Shown in pieces: positions 40,629-49,934 of a stretch of DNA of 64,000 bases; the first letter of the stretch is position 1; each line of letters begins with the position of its first letter. Origin of the DNA: Candidatus Hydrogenedentota bacterium. GTDB taxonomy: Bacteria > Hydrogenedentota > Hydrogenedentia > Hydrogenedentales > SLHB01. Where the stretch lies: the NCBI GenBank assembly GCA_019695095.1, contig JAIBAQ010000008.1, positions 9,748 to 73,747 of the forward strand, read 5' to 3'. The notes beneath the pieces were generated by a model that had not been told where the DNA came from, made no database searches, and saw only the letters and a program-made list of their open reading frames with translations. The translations under genes were made by a program, and so were the position numbers.

Positions 40629-43600
40629 TTGGTGGAGTTTATATTCATCGTGAAGACCAAAGAGGTCATTCAAGAATGGCTTGTGTCGCGTCTTGCCGAA
40701 GAACTCGGTATCGACAAATCGGCCATTGATCCACGTGAGTCATTTGACAGCCTGGGATTGTCCTCGCGCGACGCCGTGACCCTTTCCGGGGACCTTGAGG
40801 ATTGGCTCACCCATCGGCTATCGCCAACCATCCTATGGGAATACCCGACCATTGAGACCATGTCGCGTTACCTCGCCGAACTGGATGCGGGCGGAAACGG
40901 CAAGACGCAAACGTTTGAAAGCCCCGCCCCGGCGGAACCTCGTACGAAGTCATTGAACGAACCGATTGCCATAGTCGGCATCGGTTGCCGGTTCCCCGGC
41001 GCATCGGGTCCAGACGAATACTGGAAGCTCCTTTGCGACGAACGCGATGCCATTCGCGATGTGCCCGCAGACCGCTGGGACAACGACTCGTTGTATCATC
41101 CCGATCCTGCCACGCCCGGGAAGATGTACACGCGGCGGGGCGGATTTGTCGACGCCATCGATCAGTTCGATGCGTCATTCTTTGGCGTGTCGCCGCGAGA
41201 AGCTGCGCGCATGGATCCCCAGCAACGCCTGCTTATGGAGACGGCCTGGGAGGCCCTCGAACATGCGGGCATCGCGCCCGATTCGCTAGCGGGCTCAGCC
41301 ACGGGCGTTTTCGTCGGCATCAGTTCCAACGATTATTCGCAGCGTCAATTCAGCGACGTGGCCCACGTGGACGCGTATGCCGGTACCGGGAACGCGCACA
41401 GCCTCGCCCCAAATCGTATCTCCTATTTCCTGGACCTGCGCGGTCCAAGCTACGCGGTGGACACCGCATGCTCTTCTTCGCTTGTGGCCATCCACAACGC
41501 GGCAATCAGTCTGCGCCTTGGCGAATGCAACCTCGCCATCGCGGGGGGCGTCAACGCGCTGCTGTCGCCTGAAGTCAATATGGTCTTTTCCCATGCCCGC
41601 ATGATGTCGCCAGACGGCAAGTGCAAGACCTTCGATGCCTCCGCCGACGGCTACGTGCGCGGTGAAGGCTGCGGCGTCGTCATACTCAAGCGTCTCGCCG
41701 ATGCGCAAACCGATGGCGACACGGTCATCGCCGTAATTCGCGGTACCGCCGTGAATCACGATGGCCGCAGCAATGGCCTTACGGCGCCCAACGGCCTCGC
41801 TCAGCAGGCCGTGATTCGGCAAGCCTTGGCCAACGCAGGCATCGAACCGGGTCAAGTGGGATACGTTGAAGCCCACGGAACCGGCACCTCGCTCGGCGAT
41901 CCGATTGAGGTCGATGCGCTGAAGGCCGTCCTGCTCCCGGGCCGGGGCCGAGACCAGCGCTGCTTGCTTGGATCCGTGAAGACCAATATCGGACATTTGG
42001 AAGCGGCCGCCGGCGTGGCTGGTTTGATTAAGACGGCCCTTATTCTCAAGCACGGCATGATTCCGAGTCATTTGAACCTGAAGCAGGTCAATCCGCTTAT
42101 CAAACTCGACAACACTCCCATTGAAATCGTGACCTCGCCTCAGGTCTGGGCGCGCGGCAATGACCGGCGGTTTGCGGGCGTGAGTTCATTTGGTTTTGGC
42201 GGGGCCAATGCGCACGTCATACTTGAAGAGCCCCCGCAGCAATTCCCGGATTCGCGTGAGACCACCGAGTCTGGCCCGCGTCGCCGCGTGTTGGCGTTGT
42301 CTGCGCAAACCGATACGGCGCTGAAGGCCCTTGCGCAACGATACGCCGAATGTCTTAGCGAGAACCCGTCGTCCTCGGTCGCCGATGTGTGCGCGACGGC
42401 CAATTCGGGCCGCGCTAGCTTCGACCACCGTATCGCCGTAGTTGCCGATACGACGCACGAACTGTCCGATCGCCTCGCCGCGTATGCACAGAGCGGAAAG
42501 AGCACGGGAGTATTCATCGGAGAAACCAAGCGTTCTGAATCGCCGAAGATCGCCTTTTTGTTTACGGGGCAGGGCGCACAGTTTGCTGGCATGGGCCGCC
42601 AATTGTTCGAGCTAGAGCCTGTGTTTCGCGAGGCCCTGCTCGAGTGTGACGAGATTCTTCAGAAGTATTTGACGCGGCCCCTCTTGTCGGTCATGCATCC
42701 CAAGGAGGGCGAGTCCTCGCCTATCGACGAGACCGCGTTCACGCAGCCATCTCTCTTTGCGTTCGAATACGCGATGGCGAGATTGTGGATGTCGTGGGGA
42801 ATCGTCCCCGACTTTGTTCTGGGCCATAGCGTTGGCGAATACGTGGCGGCCTGCATTGCAGGCGCGATGAGCCTGCCCGACGGACTTCGCCTCATCGCCG
42901 AGCGCGCCCGTCTGATGCAAGCGCTGCCTGCTGGCGGGGCCATGGCTGCCGTCATGTCCGATCGCGACACCGTAGCCGCCGTTCTCGAACCCTACCGCGA
43001 TCGCGTGTCCATCGCCGCCGCAAACGGTCCCAAGAATACCGTCGTGTCCGGCGCGGGCGACAGTGTTGATGCCGTGCTCAAAGCGCTGGAAGAGAAAGGC
43101 ATCGCCAATCGAAAGCTCGTCGTGTCACACGCGTTTCACTCGCCGTTGATGGAGCCGATGCTCGACGAGTTTGAATCTACCGCCGCCCGGTTGCAGTTCG
43201 ACGTTCCGAAGATTCCTGTTATCTCTAACCTGACGGGTAAGCTCGTGGACTCGTCGTTCCGGTACGACGCCATGTATTGGCGCAATCATGTGCGACAGGC
43301 GGTGCAGTTTGCCGATGGCATGAACGCCCTCAACGATGCGGGCGTCCAGGTTCTGCTCGAAGTGGGACCGCAACCGGTTCTCATCGGCATGGGCAAGAAG
43401 TGTGTGTCGAACAACAGTCTTGTCTGGATATCGTCTCTGAAGAAGGGGCAGGAGGAATGGGCTTCTGTCATCGACGGCGTTGCTGAACTCTACGTCCGTG
43501 GCGCGCGCTTTGACTGGAAGCGCTTCTATGCGAGCGCGAATCCGAAGAGAGTGGCGTTGCCGACCTATCCCTTTGAGCGCAAGCGTCATTGGCTCGATGT

Positions 43601-46600
43601 TCCGCGCAAGCAGGTGTCCGCGGACACTACGGCTGCTCCCCAGCCAGACACAGCACCGGATACGCCGGTGGCGGACCTTCTTTACGAAATCCAATGGCGG
43701 CCAAAGTCCAACTTGGACAGAATGCCCATTCGACGTCCAATCGACTTTGTGCCCGAACCTCAGACTATCAAGCACGCCGTCGACACGCACGCGGCCCGTT
43801 TGGTCGAGGAGCATCAGTTAGCAACGATTGCGGGCGTAAACGATGCGCTTGAGTCCCTAAGTCTGTCTTATATCGTCGAGGCGCTCGGACAACTCGGTTG
43901 GAATCCCGGACCCGGCGAACGTTTCTCTGCGGCGAGTCTGTCCGCGAGCTTGGGTGTTGTTCCTCTCCACGCGCGCCTTTTCAAACGGCTCCTTGAGATC
44001 CTCGCCGAAGAAGGATTTCTGCGCGCCGATGGCGAAGACTTTGTTGTCGATAAACCCATCGCTGCGGCTCCTTCCACGCGGATTCATGCAGAAACGTTGC
44101 GTGCCTATTCCGTTTCGGAAACCGAACTGACGATGCTGGGCCGATGCGGGGCGAACCTCGCCAATGTATTGAAAGGCACGGCCGACCCGTTGCAGGTGCT
44201 TTTCCCAGGCGGTTCATTCGACGAGGCGGAACGCCTGTACGAGCAGTCTCCGTTCGCGCGCGTCTACAACTTGCTGGTCCAAGAGACGATTACCCGCGCG
44301 CTTGAGCGCTTGCCAAAGAACAAGGTTGTGCGTGTGCTTGAGATTGGCGCCGGTACCGGCGGAACCACTTCTTACGTGCTCCGCGCTTTACCAGACGCCA
44401 GCGAATATGTATTCACCGACATGTCGAGCATGTTCCTTGCGCGTGCTGAGAAAAAGTTCGCCTCGCACTCGTGCATGCGTTATGCGCTGCTCGATATCGA
44501 ATCCGACCCCGTGACCCAAGGTTTCTCTTCTCATCAGTTTGATGTCGTCGTGGCGGCCAATGTACTCCATGCCACCGCCGACTTGTCGCGTACGCTTGCG
44601 AACGCGCGAAAACTGCTCGCTCCCGGCGGCTTGATGATTCTGTTGGAAGGCACTTCGCCCATCCGTTGGCTCGATCTTACGTTTGGACTTACCGAAGGGT
44701 GGTGGAAGTTTACCGACACTACGCTGCGTCCAAACCATGCGCTGCTCCACCCGACCCGCTGGATGCAGGTCCTGCGCGCCCAAGGTTTTTCAGACGTTGT
44801 CGCTATGCCACCCGAAAATATCGCCGGCGTCGACATGACGAAGCAGACAGTCATCCTCGCGCGCGCATCGGCGGACACTTCGGAAAGCGAGTCAATGCCT
44901 GTTGTCTCGAAGTCTTCGGACTCGTGGATGATTCTCGCGAACGAGGTTGATGCGGCGAAATCGGCTTCCGATTGCATCCTCAATCGAGGCGGACAATGCG
45001 CTATTGTGCGAACTGGCGAGGCCTTCGCGCACAACGCGAATGAGTGGACCATTCGCGCGGACAACGCGTCAGACTACGAGCGGGTGATCCGAGAATGCGG
45101 TGAGGCACTAAAAAGGCCCATAGACCGAATACTATGTTTGCCTGCGTCGAGCGCCACCGATAATTCGGCACTTCATGCAATGCATGCCAGCCTTTCGGCG
45201 ACCTTGCTTGTGCAGTCCCTCGCCAACGTGCGTCCCCCCACGCCACCCCGTGTCTATTTCGCCACGCGAAATGCCCAGAGTGTTGCGGGTGAATCGACTG
45301 ACTTCGCGTCCGCATCCGTTTGGGGCATCGGCCGGAGTCTGGCCGCCGAACATCCTGAATTCTGGGGTGGACTGATTGACCTTGACGCCGGAGCGGCCGC
45401 GAGCGATCTAATTGACGCTGTGCTAAGCGCGGAAGGCGAAGATCAGATGGCACTGCGCGATGGCACGCGATTTGTCGCACGGCTTACGTCCTGCGCCAAC
45501 GCCACAAAGGCACCTTTGTCGCGCACGTTCGACGCAAACGCGGCGTACTTGGTGACGGGCGGCTTGGGCGGAATCGGCTTGCGTGTGGCCAAGTGGATGG
45601 CTGAACGCGGCGCGCACCACCTATTGCTTGTCAATCGTACGCCACTCCCTGCTCGCGATCTGTGGCCGCAACTGGAACCTGGTTCCGATGCGCGTGCGCG
45701 AGTGGACGCCATTCAATCGCTGGAGGCGCTCGGAGTAAAGGTATATACGCCGTCGTGCGACATCGGCGACCAACACGCGTTGGATGCGATGTTGCGTGCG
45801 TTCCGTGAAGAGTCCGGATTGACCATCAAAGGTGTTGTGCATGCAGCGGGCGTGCTGAAGAATCAAAGCTTCATAAACTCCGATAACGATACGTTACGCG
45901 CCGTCATGCGGCCAAAGGTAGATGGCACTCTTGCCTTGCACCGTGCGTTTGCTGACGCTTCGCTCGATTTCTTCGTTCTGTTTTCCTCCGGGACCTCCGT
46001 TTTCGGTTCTCCCGGTCAGAGCAACTACGCCGCGGCCAATGCATTCATGGATTCGCTGGCGCACGCGCGCCGCGCCGCCGGTCTGCCCGCCGTGAGCATC
46101 AATTGGGGGCCGTGGGCCGAAGTGGGCATGGTTGCGGATTTGGATGAACAGTCGCGCCAGAACATGCCCGGCGTAGAGTTCCTTCGACCGGAAGTGGGAG
46201 TGCGAGCATTCGAAGCGGCACTTTTACTTGATTCACCGCAAGTCACAGTGCTGCAAATCGACTGGTCTCGCTTCTTTCAGGCATTCGGCGGCGAATCGCC
46301 CAGTCCTCTCCTAGACACCTTCGCCAAGAGGGCCGCGCGCAAATCGCCTGCCGCCATGCCGCAGCTTTCTTCGTCTCAATCTGCAGGCTTGCTCGCCAAG
46401 CTGGCGAGCGCGTCCGCAAGCGAACGTCAATCGCAGCTTGAGTCGTATCTCAAGGAACATCTCGGGCGAATCCTGATGATTGACGCTGCTTCCATTCGCG
46501 AAGACGCGAACTTCATGGAACTGGGTCTCGATTCGCTCATGGCTATGGAATTGCTGAAGAGCATCGAGCGCGAGTTCCGTTTCCATATCTATCCGCGCGA

Positions 46601-48596
46601 GATCTTCGACCGGCCCAACGTGCGCGCGCTTGCCCAATATCTTGCGGGCGAAGTGGAGCGTGCGACCGGTCAAGTCAGGCCCGCCGCGGATGCCGCGTCA
46701 GACGCGCGCGAAGTGCAGAAGGCGCTTCAAGCCGGGTCCGGCTCGCTTAAAATCAAAGCGTCGGCAGTCGCTCCGTCGAAGAAGATCCCAGGCGCGGTGT
46801 TCCTGTTATCGACGCCCCGCGCCGGTTCGACGCTCCTACGCGTCATGCTTGCCGGACATCCCCAGTTGTTCTGTCCGCCTGAACTTCATCTTCTGCCTTT
46901 TGCATCGATGAAGGAACGCGCCGAAGCACTTGGTATGAGTTATCTCGACGAAGGCGTGCAGCGCGCGTTCATGGAATTGAAAGGTTTGGACGCTGATGCT
47001 GGTAAGCGTCTGATCGACGAAATGACGCAGCAGGACGTTCCGATTCAGGACGTGTACGCGCAGTTGCAGCAAGCCGCGAATGGCCGAATAATCGTCGACA
47101 AGTCTCCGTCGTATGCAGCGGATATCGAGACGCTTGAGCGCGGTGAGTTGTTGTTCGATGGGGCGAAATACGTCCATCTGGTGCGTCACCCCTACTCGAT
47201 GATCGAGTCGTACGTTCGCATCCGCCTCGACAAACTCATGGGTGCCGACAAACTAGATCCCATTGCCGTCGGCGAGCACGTGTGGGCCTTGAGCAATAGC
47301 AACGCGTTGCGATTCGGAAGACAAATCGATCCGAGCCGGTTCCACATCGTGCGCTACGAAGACCTGGTCTCGAATCCGGAAGCCGTGATGCGCCGCTTGC
47401 TCGAGTTTCTGGGACTTCCCTGGGACCCGAATGTCTTGAAGCCGTACGAAGGAAAGCGGATGACCGACGGCATCTACGCAGAATCTCGGCCGACCGGCGA
47501 TCCTCGTTTTCACTTGCACAAGAGCATTGAATCTGAGCTTGGCGAGGTGTGGCGCAAAATCGATCTGGGAAGGCCCCTCGGCGGATTCGTGCGGCGCATC
47601 GCGCCCGAATTCGACTATGAATTGCCGAACGAGAACATCAAGCCGAAGTCTCAACAGACTCCTTCGGATACGCTTGTGCCCATAAAGCCGGTCGGTTCAA
47701 AGCCACCGTTGTTCCTGATACATCCAGCGGGCGGACTCGTGTTTCCGTACTATGCTTTGATCCCGTACTTTGATGCGGATCAACCCTGTTACGGCATCCA
47801 GGATCCCGCGCTCGAAGCGGAGCACGTGGAGCAAGCCAAGACGGAGGACATGGCCGCGCGGTACGTGGAGATTATTCGCGGCATCGAACCGAAAGGTCCG
47901 TACTACCTTGCAGGCTGGTCCTTTGGCGGCACCCTCGCATTCGAGATCGCGCAGCAGTTCCTGCGCGCGGGCGACCAGGTCGCTATGCTATGTCTCATCG
48001 ATACGGAGATTCCGACATCGCGCGCATCGCGAAACAAGGGTCTGATGCACCGCCTGAAAATGCTGGGCACTCAGATTTACACCGTGGTTGTGGGTGCTCC
48101 GTTTACATTGCCCTATATTCGCGACGGCATCTATCTCGTCTTTGCGACGTTGCTTCGCCGAAAGAAGACTGGTGGACAGGAAGGCCCAAGCATCCGCGAA
48201 TACGCAAACTGGGCGTGGAACGACGCGTTGCGCCAATACTTCATCAGCCATTCGGAGATCGCGGGCGTGGTCGAAGCCAATTCCCGCCTCAATATGATTC
48301 GTTTGTCGATGACGCGTCGCGTGATGCAGTTGCTCAACATTCATATCCACGCGCGCGACAACTACAATGCGGGACCCTATCCCGGCGAAATCACGGTGCT
48401 GGTTGCCAAACAGCAGCCAAAGGTCCGCGAGATGTGGAACGATCCCACGCTCGGCTGGGAACGCATCGCACCCGGTCGAGTCAAAGCGGTCCCCGTCCCT
48501 GGGAATCACGTCGTGCTCTTGGCGAGACCGTACATCGACGATACAGCGGCGGCCATCAACCGGTGCCTCGACGAGGCGCAATCGAAACAGTTGTAG
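40629..48596 (+). CDS. Type I PKS, single module, domain order ACP-KS-AT-(MT-like)-KR-ACP-sulfotransferase-thioesterase: CurM/Ols-type terminal-olefin-forming synthase. Probable true start GTG at 40650.
   Basis: Seen directly:
- ACP1 DSLGLSS (Ser ~nt 40749)
- KS DTACSSSLVAIHNA with EAHGTGT and NIGHLE
- AT GQGAQFAGMG and GHSVGE (Ser ~nt 42828)
- Class I SAM-MT motif VLEIGAGTGG
- KR Rossmann YLVTGGLGGIG
- ACP2 LGLDSLMAMELL
- ST 5'-PSB-like LLSTPRAGSTLL plus sulfotransferase core
- TE PPLFLIHPAGG and GWSFGG. Confidence 0.9.
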   Translation: MVEFIFIVKTKEVIQEWLVSRLAEELGIDKSAIDPRESFDSLGLSSRDAVTLSGDLEDWLTHRLSPTILWEYPTIETMSRYLAELDAGGNGKTQTFESPAPAEPRTKSLNEPIAIVGIGCRFPGASGPDEYWKLLCDERDAIRDVPADRWDNDSLYHPDPATPGKMYTRRGGFVDAIDQFDASFFGVSPREAARMDPQQRLLMETAWEALEHAGIAPDSLAGSATGVFVGISSNDYSQRQFSDVAHVDAYAGTGNAHSLAPNRISYFLDLRGPSYAVDTACSSSLVAIHNAAISLRLGECNLAIAGGVNALLSPEVNMVFSHARMMSPDGKCKTFDASADGYVRGEGCGVVILKRLADAQTDGDTVIAVIRGTAVNHDGRSNGLTAPNGLAQQAVIRQALANAGIEPGQVGYVEAHGTGTSLGDPIEVDALKAVLLPGRGRDQRCLLGSVKTNIGHLEAAAGVAGLIKTALILKHGMIPSHLNLKQVNPLIKLDNTPIEIVTSPQVWARGNDRRFAGVSSFGFGGANAHVILEEPPQQFPDSRETTESGPRRRVLALSAQTDTALKALAQRYAECLSENPSSSVADVCATANSGRASFDHRIAVVADTTHELSDRLAAYAQSGKSTGVFIGETKRSESPKIAFLFTGQGAQFAGMGRQLFELEPVFREALLECDEILQKYLTRPLLSVMHPKEGESSPIDETAFTQPSLFAFEYAMARLWMSWGIVPDFVLGHSVGEYVAACIAGAMSLPDGLRLIAERARLMQALPAGGAMAAVMSDRDTVAAVLEPYRDRVSIAAANGPKNTVVSGAGDSVDAVLKALEEKGIANRKLVVSHAFHSPLMEPMLDEFESTAARLQFDVPKIPVISNLTGKLVDSSFRYDAMYWRNHVRQAVQFADGMNALNDAGVQVLLEVGPQPVLIGMGKKCVSNNSLVWISSLKKGQEEWASVIDGVAELYVRGARFDWKRFYASANPKRVALPTYPFERKRHWLDVPRKQVSADTTAAPQPDTAPDTPVADLLYEIQWRPKSNLDRMPIRRPIDFVPEPQTIKHAVDTHAARLVEEHQLATIAGVNDALESLSLSYIVEALGQLGWNPGPGERFSAASLSASLGVVPLHARLFKRLLEILAEEGFLRADGEDFVVDKPIAAAPSTRIHAETLRAYSVSETELTMLGRCGANLANVLKGTADPLQVLFPGGSFDEAERLYEQSPFARVYNLLVQETITRALERLPKNKVVRVLEIGAGTGGTTSYVLRALPDASEYVFTDMSSMFLARAEKKFASHSCMRYALLDIESDPVTQGFSSHQFDVVVAANVLHATADLSRTLANARKLLAPGGLMILLEGTSPIRWLDLTFGLTEGWWKFTDTTLRPNHALLHPTRWMQVLRAQGFSDVVAMPPENIAGVDMTKQTVILARASADTSESESMPVVSKSSDSWMILANEVDAAKSASDCILNRGGQCAIVRTGEAFAHNANEWTIRADNASDYERVIRECGEALKRPIDRILCLPASSATDNSALHAMHASLSATLLVQSLANVRPPTPPRVYFATRNAQSVAGESTDFASASVWGIGRSLAAEHPEFWGGLIDLDAGAAASDLIDAVLSAEGEDQMALRDGTRFVARLTSCANATKAPLSRTFDANAAYLVTGGLGGIGLRVAKWMAERGAHHLLLVNRTPLPARDLWPQLEPGSDARARVDAIQSLEALGVKVYTPSCDIGDQHALDAMLRAFREESGLTIKGVVHAAGVLKNQSFINSDNDTLRAVMRPKVDGTLALHRAFADASLDFFVLFSSGTSVFGSPGQSNYAAANAFMDSLAHARRAAGLPAVSINWGPWAEVGMVADLDEQSRQNMPGVEFLRPEVGVRAFEAALLLDSPQVTVLQIDWSRFFQAFGGESPSPLLDTFAKRAARKSPAAMPQLSSSQSAGLLAKLASASASERQSQLESYLKEHLGRILMIDAASIREDANFMELGLDSLMAMELLKSIEREFRFHIYPREIFDRPNVRALAQYLAGEVERATGQVRPAADAASDAREVQKALQAGSGSLKIKASAVAPSKKIPGAVFLLSTPRAGSTLLRVMLAGHPQLFCPPELHLLPFASMKERAEALGMSYLDEGVQRAFMELKGLDADAGKRLIDEMTQQDVPIQDVYAQLQQAANGRIIVDKSPSYAADIETLERGELLFDGAKYVHLVRHPYSMIESYVRIRLDKLMGADKLDPIAVGEHVWALSNSNALRFGRQIDPSRFHIVRYEDLVSNPEAVMRRLLEFLGLPWDPNVLKPYEGKRMTDGIYAESRPTGDPRFHLHKSIESELGEVWRKIDLGRPLGGFVRRIAPEFDYELPNENIKPKSQQTPSDTLVPIKPVGSKPPLFLIHPAGGLVFPYYALIPYFDADQPCYGIQDPALEAEHVEQAKTEDMAARYVEIIRGIEPKGPYYLAGWSFGGTLAFEIAQQFLRAGDQVAMLCLIDTEIPTSRASRNKGLMHRLKMLGTQIYTVVVGAPFTLPYIRDGIYLVFATLLRRKKTGGQEGPSIREYANWAWNDALRQYFISHSEIAGVVEANSRLNMIRLSMTRRVMQLLNIHIHARDNYNAGPYPGEITVLVAKQQPKVREMWNDPTLGWERIAPGRVKAVPVPGNHVVLLARPYIDDTAAAINRCLDEAQSKQL
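44271..44828 (+). other. Embedded SAM-dependent methyltransferase-like domain of the PKS (between AT and KR)
   Basis: Motif I VLEIGAGTGG. Post-I acidic residue (YVFTDMS). Motif II FDVVVAANVLHA. Motif III LLAPGGLMILLE. Confidence 0.6.
46776..47618 (+). other. Sulfotransferase (ST) domain of the PKS
   Basis: PAPS 5'-phosphosulfate-binding-loop-like TPRAGST. Sulfotransferase-family core resembling the CurM/Ols ST (RYEDLVSNPEAVMRRLLEFLGLPWD). Confidence 0.8.
47691..48548 (+). other. C-terminal thioesterase (TE) domain of the PKS
   Basis: alpha/beta-hydrolase nucleophile elbow GWSFGG. LFLIHPAGG start. Terminal position after ST, as in CurM/Ols. Confidence 0.8.
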
Positions 48597-48624
48597 GGCG
48601 AGACATCCGACGTCTCGCGCTATT

Positions 48625-49081
48625 GTCATTCTGAGTTCGCCTGCGGCGGACGAAGAATCTGGCTTAAGTCACATCTGTTTCCTCCAAATTCTTCGATTCA
48701 GTCCTTAGAAACACGGCAAGAAGAAGGCCGTATCCTTCAGGAGCGACGGACCCTGCGTGAACGGTAATTGGTGGAAGAGACAACAGCTAAGTGGGAATCC
48801 CGCACTCAGTATCGGGCAGGATGCCCAGTTCCATTTCTCCAACTACTCACGTGGTGCCTTCTCCGGAGTGCCATAGGCACGACAGACTCCAGCCTGGGGT
48901 GAGATTCGCGTCCCAAACGCGAATCGATACCCCAGGTTCCAGCCCACGCCCAACGTGAGCCCTGTAAGGGCGAAAGCAACTTAGTAGTCTGCTTCTTAGG
49001 GGTTCGCCTGAGGCGGACGTAAAACATGGCTTCAAGGACGTGTTTCTCTGCCACTTTCCCCGCTGTATCTAGAATGACAAA
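48625..49081. repeat. ~460-bp element bounded by 12-13 bp terminal inverted repeats (TTGTCATTCTGAG ... CTAGAATGACAA) with internal direct repeat GTTCGCCTG(C/A)GGCGGACG. MITE-like or structured RNA locus.
   Basis: Read directly. IR-L at 48625-48637, IR-R at 49069-49080. 17-18 nt direct repeat at 48642-48659 and 49002-49019. Internal hairpin GATTCGCGTCCCAAACGCGAATC. Confidence 0.45.
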
Positions 49082-49181
49082 AGACAATGTCCGCCTGGAC
49101 GAGCGGAAAGTTGACTATCGCGATACGCCTTAAGCGATACTTGGTCCGCAAGAGATATCTACTCGTACAAGGCGCATACCC

Positions 49182-49925
49182 ATGCACATAGACGACACTT
49201 GGCAACAGCCTCCCAACGAACTCACGCTTGTCGTTGGCGATGTTCACGTGTGGCGTGTGGTATTCGAACGCTTTACCGCCAGGCAGGACTCGTTTCTATC
49301 CGTCCTCAATGAAGACGAACGTGAGCGCGCGGATCGATTCCATTTCGAATCGGGACGCTCGCAGTACGTCGTTACGCGCGCGGCACTTCGCATGACGTTG
49401 TCGCGATACACCGGCATTGAAGCCCAATCGCTCGAATTCGAGTACAGCACCCACGGCAAACCCTCCTTGAAGGGCGATGGGCCGCCGCAATTCAATGTCG
49501 CGCACTCCGGTGGTTTGGCTCTAATTGCGGTTACAAAAGAAGGGCTGATTGGCGTCGATGTGGAAGCGCGCCGGCGCGACTTCGCCGGTCAGCGTATTGC
49601 GAATCGCTTCTTCTCCGCGCGCGAAGCGGGAGCGCTGCGCAATCTGCCCACTGACCAGCAGGAACAAGGTTTTTTGAACTGCTGGACGCGCAAGGAAGCC
49701 TACATCAAGGCGCGGGGAGAAGGACTATCCTGCCCGCTGGATTCGTTCGATGTAACGTTGGCGCCCGGCGAACCGGCTCGCTTGCTTAATGTCAAAGGCG
49801 ATCCCAACGAAGCGGCGAATTGGAATCTATGCGCTCTGCCAATGGACGACGGTATTGCGGCGGCTGTCGCCCTGCGAGGACCCCTGGAAAACGTGTGCTG
49901 TTGGGATTGGACCGACAGCACCTAG
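49182..49925 (+). CDS. 4'-phosphopantetheinyl transferase, Sfp type
   Basis: 247 aa. PPTase motifs FNVAHSGGLALIAV and WTRKEAYIKARGEGLS. Positioned to activate the two ACP domains of the adjacent PKS. Confidence 0.85.
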   Translation: MHIDDTWQQPPNELTLVVGDVHVWRVVFERFTARQDSFLSVLNEDERERADRFHFESGRSQYVVTRAALRMTLSRYTGIEAQSLEFEYSTHGKPSLKGDGPPQFNVAHSGGLALIAVTKEGLIGVDVEARRRDFAGQRIANRFFSAREAGALRNLPTDQQEQGFLNCWTRKEAYIKARGEGLSCPLDSFDVTLAPGEPARLLNVKGDPNEAANWNLCALPMDDGIAAAVALRGPLENVCCWDWTDST

Positions 49926-49934
49926 CTTCTATTT

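Noticed and set aside
41295-42071. 258-aa minus-strand ORF and several other 100-230-aa ORFs inside 40629..48596
   Set aside because: Shadow ORFs of the PKS gene. The PKS frame carries unambiguous KS/AT/KR/ST/TE motifs.
38693-48596. Multi-modular PKS/NRPS biosynthetic cluster producing a complex polyketide
   Set aside because: Only one KS/AT/KR module is present, and it terminates in ST-TE. The architecture is the single-extension olefin-synthase type, not an assembly line.
48779-48960. Possible tmRNA, RNase P RNA or tRNA in the PKS-PPTase intergenic region
   Set aside because: No tRNA-like T-arm/acceptor, no tag-peptide reading frame, no RNase P conserved regions recognisable. Kept only as a generic structured/MITE-like element.
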